Source: Catajapyx aquilonaris (taxonomy: Eukaryota). Taken from it: a stretch of DNA of 53,629 nucleotides. How positions within the stretch are numbered: position 1 is the first letter of the stretch; every line of letters begins with the position of its first letter. The stretch spans positions 1 to 53,629 of the forward strand of contig JYFJ02002628.1 of the NCBI GenBank assembly GCA_000934665.2, read 5' to 3'. Under the pieces are notes generated by a model. The model was not told the DNA's origin. It searched no databases and saw only the letters and a program-made list of their open reading frames with translations. A program made the position numbers and the translations under genes. Below, in pieces: positions 36,701-48,600 of the stretch.

Positions 36701-38061
36701 ACAGTGGGCCCTGAATATCCATGGCACATGTCCTTTATTGACAGAGGCGAATGGACATGCGCGTAAACCGAGTTTAATTCTCACTTTTATCCAAGCCAAT
36801 TGACTTCCAGTCAACCGCAAGCAACACATATGAAATAATAATTATTATAAAAGTACACCTGAGCATAAATTTATCGTTAAAGTCAATTAATCAGTAACTC
36901 TAAAAAATTTACTGCGCTGTCAGGAGCTTTATTAACATAAAACATGTCAAAAATGTAGGGGTGTGAAATCGTGAGGATCCCTTAGTTAACACCTTCGATG
37001 CTGAAGAAGTTGCGACAATGGGAGGAGATGTTGCCAGAGTCCTGCTGGCATTGTGGAAAGCCAGGAGTCGACGGTATCAAGTAGGAGAACACAAATCAAA
37101 AGTAAAAGGTAGAGGCAAAAAATTATGCAAAGGCTACGGTTGTACAGTAACACTGGAGGTTGCCTCTGAAAGCTGCCGAAATTTTTTGAAGTACCGGTAT
37201 CGTTTATCAGCTCTTGTTCATTGCTGTATGCAGCAATAAGGCTGGTGCTGCACTTTTCCCTTCTCTACATCGCGTCTGGTTGATTCGTGTCTGTATCATA
37301 TTTGCTTCAAGATCTGTGACAAAACTAAAAACAGGTTATACATGTAGCCAAAGTGATTAATTGGTATCGGTCTATTATATTCTCCATCCACTTGGCTTGT
37401 TTCTTTGGCCATTATTTGGTGTTTCCATGTGTTCTTTAACATAGAATACCTTTCACGCGTTATTATTTATTCGATGTCGACGTCTTTGTCGTTAGAATTA
37501 CATCACTGAGAAACTCGATCCAAAATATCACCCTACATCAAGATTGAAGAATGCCAGTACATCAAAGTTGCAAAAAGCTAGAGACATGCATTTAAACCGC
37601 TTTGCATCCTTCATACTATTCTTAAATCAGTAACCTGCTACATGGAGGAAGGGGAGGGAGAGGAAGACAATTCCCCATCCCCGCACGTCAAAAATGAAAA
37701 TCTTCTTGTGTGGAGAAGAAGCGAGGCAGTTGTCAAAAGGTATATGCTAATTAGAATAGTCACGTGTGATGTATGGACTTGCCGGCATGATTGCAACATA
37801 AGTCGAAGAAATAGTCTAGTATATCTGCAGACTGTCACTAGTCTATCAGTTTCTCAATCAAGAATGGGTCAGGCTTGCGACAATGTATCATTACTGGACC
37901 TATAGTTGAAGTTAAATTCGTGCAGACATGACTACTGTATTTATTGTAGTGCAAGTTATCGATCATTGGAGAGGAACGATGCTGCTCTCCCAAGGTGTGA
38001 ACTATACCAGAGTTCTGAGCCTGAATCTGACGATGCTGTTAACTTCCTCCTTCCATTCCAG

Positions 38062-38382
38062 GCCTACTTGCAGCAAGATGGGTCAACGTGACCACTCCTG
38101 TTTTCGTCCTGCCTGGCCAACCGGCCACCATATTGTGCCAATTAGACCTGCCCCTGATTCTCTGCGTCTTAAATGGACCTTCTGGACAGACCTTCCAGAT
38201 ACAAGACGACACGGTCATCCAACCTATTCCAACAGGGTACACTCAAGCAGGTTCAACGACTAAAGGTTACTGCGGGGTTACTATCGCCAACATAACCAAT
38301 ACTGAAAATGGAAACTGGACTTGTTCAGCTACTCCGAAAGGAAGCTTCGAAATGACAACGTATATCCTTCTCTACAGTCTTG
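38062..38382 (+). CDS. Fas3: Fasciclin-3-like copy B, exon 2 (Ig1)
   Basis: Four-Cys Ig1 pattern (ILC...LC...GYCGVTI...NGNWTC) like Fas3 Ig1; canonical splice sites. Confidence 0.92.
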
Positions 38383-38468
38383 GTAAGTGTCTCGATATGA
38401 GTGGTTTGGCATTTTCATCAGTAGTCTATTGATAGTTATTTAATGCTTCCTGACATTACACTTCCCAG

Positions 38469-38615
38469 TGAAGCCGGGGAGCATTAGTTTCCCTGGATTT
38501 TCGGCGAAAGATCCAGTAACAGTGACTGATAGGAGTATTACGGACAGAGATAAAGCGATCATCGAATGCATGGTATATGGAGGAAGACCATCTGCAAATA
38601 TTTCCTGGTTTTTAG
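38469..38615 (+). CDS. Fas3: Fasciclin-3-like copy B, exon 3 (Ig2 N-half)
   Basis: IECMVYGGRPSANISWFL matches the Fas3/C2-set C..xGRPxANISW motif. Confidence 0.92.
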
Positions 38616-39323
38616 GTATGTCCTACAAGATGTCTAGGAGGTATCCTTTACCCTTTTAGAGTAAGTACGATTATTATTAATGAAAGGGTCTACTCGTCTA
38701 CATAACTGTGGTACCTAAAAAAGACAAACCCCGCATTTTGCCATACCTTTCTCTTCTCCTCTTGTTTACCTGATTCAGTACTTTATACCACCGATCAGGG
38801 CTGGTGTTGACGGAGGGAAACCCTGACGGGGGTTGGAGGTCAGTAATTTTCTAATACGTTATCCCGTGTTCTTTTGCTGTTTTGTGTACATTTAGAGGAA
38901 CCTCATTTTATTTAATGACCCGACCTCATTTAATCACTTTGCCAGTGGTGGGATTTAGTTGAGGGATGACACGGGAGAACCTTGAGGAAACCCTCACGAA
39001 TTCGGATATATCCCATCGACAGCACTATACGTAAACAAATTGTGTACAATCCGGGATAGAATTAAGAAACTTCGTGGCGGAAGGCTTTGGCGCCACGCTG
39101 CACCTCTATGTCGACAAGGAGTATAGTAGTGGTGGTGGTGCAGGAGAGGGGGAGTTCGGAAAGTACTTGCTATAGAGCGCCTGACCATATCCGATATAGG
39201 GAAACATGATTTTGGACTAATCTAAATTTCATTAGCTTTCCTCGCGTAATTTTCATGAACACAAGATCAGAATAAATTCGTCAATTTTTCTTAATTTCTC
39301 TCCTTCAGGACCTTAAGTGTATA

Positions 39324-39506
39324 TGTTAGGCTCAAACCCCGAAAAAACGTCCAGACTGCAGAATGCTCTATGCTAAACATGCTAACATAGAGCATTCTGC
39401 AGAATGTTCCATCCATTCTGCTGAATGGATGGTTTGGCATAGAGCATTCTGCAGTCTGGACGTTTTTTTTTTGCCCAATGGCCGTTTTCTGGGTTTGTGC
39501 CTAACA
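39324..39506. mobile_element. Hairpin MITE, absent from paralog A
   Basis: TGTTAGGC.CAAACCC.GAAAA...TTTTCTGGGTTTGTGCCTAACA termini with inner arms CGTCCAGACTGCAGAATGCTCTATG. Confidence 0.7.
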
Positions 39507-40310
39507 TGTACAGTACACTCTTGTTCTTATAGCTCCTCTCTATATCTACAGGCTCTATACCTTTACAAATACGGCTGATATTTTGGCTCGCTTCGTTCGT
39601 CGTAAGTACGGTATTTACCTCCCATTATAGGCTACAGTATTTTTCTTTCCCCAGAATTCCTGTCCCTACGAGACTGCAACAGCAAACGAGAGCTTTTCCC
39701 AATTATTGCAGCCGTTTCTCACCTATTACATGAGGGGAAACCCAAATTCTTGACTCGCTACTTTGGCACACTTTTAAATAAACTTTGAACTCTCTCAGCG
39801 CCACCGTGACATTATAGTGAATTGGCCATCGCTAACTTTTCGCTTCCTAAGGCCTACCTGCCCATCGCTGAATTAGTGAGAGAGTCGCAGAAGCGTCCCT
39901 GTCATTCCAAAGCCTCCCAGCTACGCGAATTCTCCTCTCCGTCATTGCAGTGTACCCTTAAACCAGCACTGGCCCTTCCGAGTTCACAAATGACAATAAT
40001 TTTAACACTGCTCCTAACCCGTCCTAACCCTACCTTTTCCCTCGTTTCCCCTGCAGATCTCTACAGTATAATGATATAGGATATATCCCACCCCATCAGT
40101 AAGACATATAAGTTAGGCCTAAATCTCCAACTCAGATACTTGTAGGTGCATATTAGGCTGCTTCGGACATAATCAAATACACACTAATGACCATATTATT
40201 AGCCTACCGTGTATTTCAAAATTTAGTTCACATTCATATCGGCTAAAATATTTCGAACTCTGATGCTTCAAGGTGGTACTGTACCGGCACTCATGTAAAC
40301 TTATGTAGTA

Positions 40311-40665
40311 GGGGAGGAGAGGTGGCCGAGTTGGTAACGACTCGGATTGCTGAGCGGAAGGTCCAGGGCTCGATCCCCGTCCGAGAGTTCCCTTTCCCCT
40401 GCGTCAAGAGGGTCTCAGTCTGACCCGCGCCTTGGAGGCGTCTGGCAACCTAACCTCCAGGGATACTGCACATGACCAAGTTTCAGACATTGCACCAGCA
40501 CCAGTGTCTCCTCCCCAAAAATACCCTTCCCTATACCTCATGTCCTTTCTTCCCTGCCCGGAGTTCGAAGAAAATATACAGAAAATTAATTGTAAAGTTC
40601 CACCCCCCTACAAGAGCGCTGCTTGTCCTCTCTCAACGTGGTAAATAAATAAATAAATAAATAAA
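40311..40665 (+). mobile_element. tRNA-derived SINE (family 2)
   Basis: GGTGGCCGAGTTGGTAACG...GGCTCGATCCC head, body shared with 32267-32625, (TAAA)n tail. Confidence 0.85.
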
Positions 40666-41562
40666 CACGTGTACTGTACGTATGTAGTCAGATTACCCGT
40701 AGAAACATCCCGTATGTCCAACTATTGTCTCTTCCTTCCCACCCCTCTCATGGTGCTAACTGTACGTGACATATACGGATGTAAGCTCATCAATTCTGAA
40801 ACACACGGTAGCGGTGTAAATACAGGGAAAGCAATTTCCCAGTGCAAGGTAACGGAAAAACTACCCAGAGGTGGGTGTCAAATAGGATACTAGTGTTTCA
40901 CTAACTCACATCCCATCATCGTCCAATTTTGTGTCGCTGACCAAAAACTCTGGCCTCCAACCCCAGGGAATATCCTACTCCATCCAATATTATTTATTGA
41001 ATTGGTCTGCATAAGTCATTATCAAAACCAGGATGTCTTCAAAATTTTCACAAAATGAGTTTACCAACAATATTGGACAGCCAAATGCTAAATCCCGCTG
41101 TCCCATATAATGGACATTTTCAAAATTGGTCTAGTACCTTCCACCTGGAAAGGACAACTGGGCGGTGAAAAGGCTCCCTACATCTGAAATTCTTATTTTC
41201 GGAACTCGTTATGAAACAGGCATCTTTTATTTTAATAATGACCTATACTCATACAGTTGATTTAGAGAGAGTTTCTATAAGAAACCAACATAAGTAAGGA
41301 GTATTTTTTTGTGTGAGTTTGAGTTAGTTAACGCTTTTTCAAACATATTACCCTGATGTTGTAAACCTAATGCCTCAATGAGTTCGATAGGTCGTTTATA
41401 GAATAATAGTTGTCAGTGGACTTCATTATTATGACACTAATCTCAAATACTGAAATTCGTTATATTGTAATTTATCTTGAATGACTACTACAATGCATTT
41501 CAGCATATTTAAATTAATTTTCTAGTCTCGTTCCCATTGTTGACTAATTTCATTCCCTTTAG

Positions 41563-41775
41563 ACAACACCACTGTGACTAATGACAAACTAGGTCCACTT
41601 GTAATCGACACAATGGTGGGTAAGAATCCCAACGACATCCAGTACATCACCAAGCAAAACTACTCTGGTTACTTTCTACCTGAGGACACCGAGAAACATT
41701 TGACGTGTGTCTACTCACACCCAGCACTTGAGCCAGGAGACATCAACTCTACCTCAGTCGAGATCATTGTCAAAT
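41563..41775 (+). CDS. Fas3: Fasciclin-3-like copy B, exon 4 (Ig2 C-half)
   Basis: Encodes ...PEDTEKHLTCVYSHPALEPGDINSTSVEIIVK; AG/GT bounded. Confidence 0.92.
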
Positions 41776-41843
41776 GTAAGTTATCTGTAATAAAATATTA
41801 CAACTCATATCAAGAAATTCTAAGCTACCATGTTCGGTCGTAG

Positions 41844-42055
41844 TTCCCCCGCAGCCTTGGCCTGATAAGACACAAACGCAATATGGATTCCTTAACAACC
41901 AGAGAGGTCAAATCAAAGTCGACGTGCTTGTCAACCCAATTCCTACTGTAACGTGGACCTTTCCCAGCGGCGGCAAATTGACGACTTCCGAAGCAATAGG
42001 AATAGCAATGTCTGATGACAAGAGGATCTCAGCTAGCCCACCACAATACAAGGGG
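41844..42055 (+). CDS. Fas3: Fasciclin-3-like copy B, exon 5 (Ig3 N-half)
   Basis: Encodes FPPQPWPDKTQTQYGFLNNQRGQIKVDVLVNPIPTVTWTFP...PQYKG; phase 1 to 0; donor GGG|GTAAG. Confidence 0.9.
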
Positions 42056-42184
42056 GTAAGAGAGTATTTTCGATGATATTATTTCAGTTGCTGTACTTCA
42101 ATGAGTCAACCAGAAAGCTTTGGCTGAAATAAACAAAATATCAGAAGTGGCATCACATAGGATGTGATCTGATACAATTATGAT

Positions 42185-42743
42185 CAAAGACCGGATTTCT
42201 AGGTTCTAAAAAAACCTCAAATAGGTAGGCATCTAGGTCCTGAAAACAGTTAGAATAGGCCCTTAAATAGGCACTAAAAATCAAGCAGGTCCTCATTTAT
42301 TTTCAGTCCCATGCATATTACAGCCTACTCTTTTGGCCATGTAATTTTGCAACAGAGTAAGAAAGTTCCATATTTTAGTTTTTTAAATTATTATTTGTCG
42401 GCGATGCCTCTGTGACAGTACAACTTTATAGGCTGAAAATGACCTTTCGACGCCACACAAAGCAACTGGATCATTCTTGAAAAGTTAAATGTCTTGTACA
42501 GCCAGTTCATCCGGCATGTCTACAGGCTCAGCTTTTTCGCTATTCACAGGTTGAAGCGGGAGGGATGACTTGAACGGAAATCACGTAAAAACTGCCGAAA
42601 ATAATACGAAAAGGCGTCAAAAAGGCATAGGTGAAAATAGGTGCTAATAGGCCATTTAGGTCCGAAATAGGCAATTATAGGTTTTATAAAACTACAATTT
42701 TTGAGGTCCTTGTATTATGAAACGGATAGGTGTTCGTTCTTTG
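42185..42743. mobile_element. hAT-type MITE with TAGG subterminal repeats
   Basis: CAAAGA...TCTTTG termini and an exact 8 bp TSD ATTATGAT (42177-42184, 42744-42751). Absent at the paralogous site in A (~28810). Confidence 0.8.
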
Positions 42744-43959
42744 ATTATGATACACACACAATTGTATAGATTGTGGAATGTCACAAACGATATTGTACGA
42801 CATGGTTGTAGTTCTACTTCATTAAGCGTTGAGAAAATTAAATTTTGCAACTAAAGACCTGAACAAAAAAATTCACTCCGGCCAGTTGCAATGCGAATTA
42901 CATGAAGCACCACCCCATACTCATGCAACACTATCGCTTTAGAGGTGTAGGCAACACATCAGTTGGGAGGTCACAGATAACCCAAAATGGCGCCATTGTT
43001 ACGCGCAATTAAAAAATTCCAAGCTTCCATAAATGCATTGCAAATGTCATTAGGATGTGCCGTGCCCACTGCTCATGTACATTGCCTATGAACTATGAAG
43101 TGTTCTTGTAATAATAAATTGTATGATGTGGAATTGGCTCCCAGAGGCTTCACAATTTATTGATCAATATACGTGACATCTCTGGGATTTGACCCAGATC
43201 GAGTGAAACTCTAGTACAATATTATAACAGGCATCATTCTAAGTGATGGGATTATTTCGGCATATTTTTACACCATATTCGCCACTAAAATATTATGCGA
43301 AGTGCGCGCGGTTTCTACAAAACAATACTTCAAATTCCATTCGTTTTAAAAAAAAATCACTTTTATCATATGCCTCTCGTTAGGCTCATTTGGCCAATTT
43401 CACTACGTAAATATAAAGTCGGATGAATACGCAGCGTACATTGACGGTGGGCGAGCGAATATTTGGAATGGCATCTGCACATTCTTTTGGGTGCTCGTGA
43501 CTGTTGAGTTTGGCATACATGGCATAGCCTACACTGGTAACGAATCATAAGTGGTCGGGCCGAATATGCAGTACTTGTTAACGGAAGCCGAACGAGTTGG
43601 AAGTACTATACATTATGGTAACGAATCAAGCCAAAATCAGTGTCTAGCCTAAGTTGGAAAATCCTAACTCGAGTGGCCAGGTGCATGGCTATACATGTAT
43701 GTCATGGCAAGCTTCACTTGCACGATAACGCGTGCAGACGGTTTAAAAGAATAATGCAACATCTCAAATGATGGAGCTGCCAGAAGTGGGCTTTCCCCCA
43801 TCCATATCCTAGTAAATGGGCCACACGCAGAACATTCCCCATCATCCCCGCTTTCTACTGCTCCTACAACAATCCATTTCAAAAATGTAGTCACCTCAAA
43901 TAATAAATTAATAAATGCAAAAAAACATTTAACTTAATAAAAATCTAAATCAAATCAAA

Positions 43960-44690
43960 AACTATGTGTACATATTTTTTAATGGGAGATAGGGAACACC
44001 AAGACGAACCTTTTTAGTGAATGTCTGTCCCCTGATGTCATCCTTCGGCGCGAGAGGACGCTGACAGATGTCGGTGGAGCTGGTACATAAATGAATAGAA
44101 GCAAGTGTGAACAAGATGTTTATTCAATGAAGGTGTTCAAAGATGCAACCGGCAACAGCATTGCATGCACAACAGCTTCGAAGCATTGATTTCTTTACAT
44201 TTTAAAAACTTCCTGGCATTTCGCGAGGTGAACGACACTTTTGAGACCGATGGATAGGCCAGGGTGGACCAGTCGCGTCGTCTGGCCACCAAGATGGCCC
44301 GATTTGACCTGTCTATATATATTTCTACCTATGGGGATTATTAATGAAGACCAATCGTGCACTAGACTCCCATTGACTAGGGTTAGTCTCAAGAATCGTT
44401 GTCGCCGCTCTGTTCGCGAAATGCCAGGAATATTTGCAAATGTACGGCCACGATCGTGGCAATCAGGCGGTTTCGAAGCTGTAGTGCATGCAATCCTTTT
44501 GCCGGTCGAATCTCTGAGCACTTCTTTAAATAAACATGTTGTTCGCACTTGTTTCCATTCATCTAAGTACCAGCTCTCCACTCTCTCTATAGCACAGAAG
44601 GAAGACGTCAGAGGACATAGATTCATCGGTTTATCTTGATGTTTCCTATCCCCCATATAAAATTTGTACACGAATTTTTCAAACATGCTG
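43960..44690 (+). mobile_element. Decayed Tc1/mariner-superfamily element
   Basis: WPPRWPDLTCLYIFL.WG is a degenerate WPPRSPDLTPLDFFLWG motif, followed by VREMPGIFANVR. Frameshifted. Confidence 0.8.
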
Positions 44691-45316
44691 TATAAATCAT
44701 TTTAAAAGTCTGATTACAACAATCGCTTAATTAAATTTGGGCACTGCTATCAAAGCAGTTTTGAACTTGAAGGGGAACATAACGTAACAGCTGAATACAA
44801 AGCGGCCCAACTCCATTACCAATCGAACTGTCCCATGTGAGGATAAGTCCCATAATATGAGTCTTTGTAATAACAGATCTGCTTCTGTTGATGCAGCTGT
44901 CTCTTCTTTTAAATTAAAGATTTTGTTTGTGTCCGCATCTATTTTCGCACTGTACTGTAGTAGTGGTCTTGTTCAATTGGAGCTATTGGGCCATGTGTTC
45001 GAGGTTAGATCGCATCCGTATCGGTGGATTTTGTGGGCATCTTGGCTGATCTGTATTCAATCCAGGCAATGTAATGCAACTTTCAGTCAGGATTTGTCCG
45101 CAAAATCCACGGATACGGATCTGAGCCGATTTTCAGTCCAGGTGGACTTACATAATCGCTCTGGCGACAAAATTTTGCTGCCATATCCGCTTTTATTCGA
45201 TTTTGGATAAAATTATAGTAAGCCGACTTTTGCAACTTTGTAAGCATTGTAACTGATACTGTTTAGTGCCTTTACATGTCACATTTTAGTTTTGTTTTCC
45301 TTTTGTGGGATTACAG

Positions 45317-45458
45317 CGTGGTGTATTTACCATGACGTTGACACTAGATCCTGTCTTAGAAACCGACGCAAATGCCGATTTTCAATTGGACGTGAGCAAT
45401 GGTATAGGGTCACAACACTACTCTGTTAAAATTACTTCCGAATCCGGGCCTACAGAAG
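45317..45458 (+). CDS. Fas3: Fasciclin-3-like copy B, exon 6 (Ig3 C-half)
   Basis: Encodes RGVFTMTLTLDPVLETDANADFQLDVSNGIGSQHYSVKITSESGPTE; AG/GT bounded, phase 0 to 1. Confidence 0.9.
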
Positions 45459-45583
45459 GTAGGTCTTAGAAGTTTTCATTTTGCTTCTTTTGCAGCATAT
45501 ACTTGATACATTTTGGCAGTTTTACAAAAATCTAGTCAGTTTTAAAGTAATAATTAATGATGATTTTTACAATCTTCCTACAG

Positions 45584-45691
45584 GTCTGTCAGCAGGTGGA
45601 ATAGTGGGTATTGTGATTGGAATTCCGATAATTTTGATCATTATTGCTGTAGTAGTGTTTGCTAAAGCTACGAAGAGATGGTGCTTCAAAC
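45584..45691 (+). CDS. Fas3: Fasciclin-3-like copy B, exon 7 (transmembrane)
   Basis: Encodes GLSAGGIVGIVIGIPIILIIIAVVVFAKATKRWCFK, which contains the Fas3-typical FA(R/K)ATxRWCF juxtamembrane motif. Confidence 0.93.
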
Positions 45692-48600
45692 GTGAGTAAA
45701 AAATTATATTCAGTCTTGTTTTCAGAATACTACATTTATTTTGTGTGCATCTTCAGTGTCGCTCGTATACTTTATGGTTTCCCTAGAAAATTGTCTTATG
45801 TTTATAGCCTTCTAAATTCAATTCATGGTTGGTTAGTTGCTTGATTAAGTGAGCAAACGCAACTTAGGGCTTTCTCGCATATGGAAGTGGGGAGTCAGAT
45901 AATATCAAAATTTTAACTTAATTCGTGCAAAGAAAATTGTGAAAAGCATATTATAACAAACAGAGAGAGCTGAAGAACGTTTTTAGCATCTGCTTCATAC
46001 CACAGGCATTGAAATAATAGGATTGAAATAATATTTCTTCTGCGCATTCATATAACTTACAAGTCCATTTTTAGCAATTCAGTAAATAGGCCGGTTACAT
46101 TCCCATGGCCAGAAGAATTAGGCCTAATTGGCATAAGAGGGACGTTTTCGTATTGAACTTTCTTTTTGTTGAATGTGACAAATGAACTCATCACATACCG
46201 ATAGTCTTGTTCAGTGGGGTGTCAGTGTATCGGATCAACCGACCTGACGTAATGTTACTTATTATACACTATGTTCAAAACATTTTTAGTAGAAAGTTTC
46301 TACACCTTTGTATGAAACGTCCCATATTCATCACTTTGTGGCCATGTGGTGTTATGAGCCACTGAGCATCTGTCTTCTGGTTTGTAACCCTGGACAGAAA
46401 CTGTTTCACGCAAAAGTGCAAAAGATAATTGAGGAGATCGGATGTGTAAACCATGGTAACTTCAAAATAATTTACAAAGTAGCAGTTGTGCGTGTGAGTA
46501 ATATTTAAAACGTGTAGCATCATATGAAGTAGTTAATGTACAGGGTCCCACAGTGCAAGAAGGAGAGAGAGGGAGAAATTAAAGGTTGTTTGCTACAGCA
46601 ACCCATTGTAAATGACAATCACGACCACATTCACCATCAAGGTCAATCAGGCTCCCTTTTAGACATTATGTCCCCTCATGATGGAAATGAGACAGTCCGA
46701 AACTATTTTACTAGGGCTCACTACATGTTGGCCGTACAGTAAATAAACTTTGTGTATGTTACGTTTGTTAAAACATCAGTCACCTAAGAGTTTTTAGTTA
46801 GCATGACAGTTCAGAATGAAACAAGTTTGGATGATCAGGGTTTCCCCTAATTACATATTGAAAATGCAAATTACAATATGACTCGGAATAAATTCACCGT
46901 CAATATTATTCATATTCCAATGAAATTGCGTAGATGGACTTGTAATCATGTGCTTTACAAACATCTAGCACGTTTTCAGCAATACCGTAATTCATATAAA
47001 GTCATATTGAAGAAAAAGATGTGTAGAGTTATACACTGCTAAGAGTGTGAGAGGAAAGACCAATCCTCCAACACTTAAATACTGCATAAACTTCCGTGGT
47101 CTACTATTCTGCAGTGGTTATCGTGTCTTTTTCGACATTTTTTGCCTCTACCCTTCCCATTGATTTATGGTCTGGTTATCCTTTCTCATTGACTGCTTGT
47201 CACTATATGCCGGCGGGACCTGTGGCTGTGCCAACATATCCATCTTTTTGATTTCTACGTGGCTAATGGTGGGCTTGGCGCTATTTTTCACGTTTACCTT
47301 TTAGACTTGTTTTGAATCAAGGTATAAAATGGTAACCGGATGACCACCTAATTATTATACCTTGCACTGGGACCAATTTGGTTCTGGGAGGGTCAGAAAG
47401 GTTCTGACCCTACCGCACAAATTTTTAGATTCATTCAGCCAGTAGCAGCTTACTTGACCCAAAATAAGTTTAAAATGTAGAGGTACGAAATTGCGAGGCA
47501 CCAACCGTTAAAGATGTAGATATTGACAAAGTTGTCTCAGTGACATTCCTTCTTATGCTATAGGTCTTTGTAAAATATTAGGAATTATTCGAACATACTG
47601 GTAGTGACAAAATGCGCCCATTTTAGACATGCGAAAATTCAGAGTCAGAATATTTTCTTGAAACTTATGTACACAACATCTTCCGTGCAAAGTAGAGCTG
47701 TTATACTGTCGAGTTTTCATCATGTCACATGCTTCGACCTGTAAGCCAAGGTTATACTGTATAGTTTTCCAACATTTAGTGCCTCTATCTACGTGTAGTC
47801 GTGTTCTTGTAATCTATTCTGTCCACTGGTATCGTGACTATAATGTCTCTGGAGGCATATCCTCTGGCGCAACGTTATCAGCTATGTGTAAAGAAGAGTT
47901 CGGATGTTGACCAGTGGTGAAGTAAACAAGGCGTATAACAAAAGGTTGGGTTATAAAGCAGATGCATTTGGGCACACACAATTAGCTCTACACAGATTTT
48001 TTTTTTTTAATTCGCCAGTTACGACTCGGGACACTAACCTTCTATGTCGTTAAGTGTGGATTTTTCTGGTGCTCTATACCTCAATACGTACATGTTCCCC
48101 TGATTTGGGATCAATTTATATATTCTGCTTAGTAGATGACTACAATCCATGCAGTCGCTTGTTGATTCTCATTTTAAGTTATTATCATGCTGGGAGTAGC
48201 CAAATTCCCAGCTTTACATTAGGTCATCTATAAAAATTATGAAAGTAGAGTGCCATCAAAGTGATCTAAGTATGTGAGAGTTAAATAGTTACGGTACTGG
48301 TGGAGGATTAGCTGTGCAATAGAGAGAACGTCACGTAATATTGATAGTGAGTAGTGTGAGAACTGATGAGGTATCGTAAGTTATGCTATAAAAAATCGGC
48401 GAACCATTTAATAATAAAACTGTCAAATAAATTGTGATTTACAGGCCGAATTTAACTGTCAATTATACCAGTGGAGTGAAGTGAATATTGATTGTATCAA
48501 AAAATGGGATCAGTATTAAGGAGATTTAGAATTCAAATGTAGTGTAATAATATCAGCTGCGATCAATAACAATGCCAAGGATGTGAGAATCTCTCCATTA

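Larger units (their letters stand above)
32960..43165 (+). repeat. Tandem segmental duplication, unit B
   Basis: Colinear with 17280-29200. Confidence 0.9.

Noticed and set aside
42056..42135. Intronic polyadenylation of copy B after exon 5 (read-through VREYFR*, AATAAA at ~42128)
   Set aside because: A single hexamer in an AT-rich intron next to a strong GTAAG donor, and it would truncate Ig3 midway.
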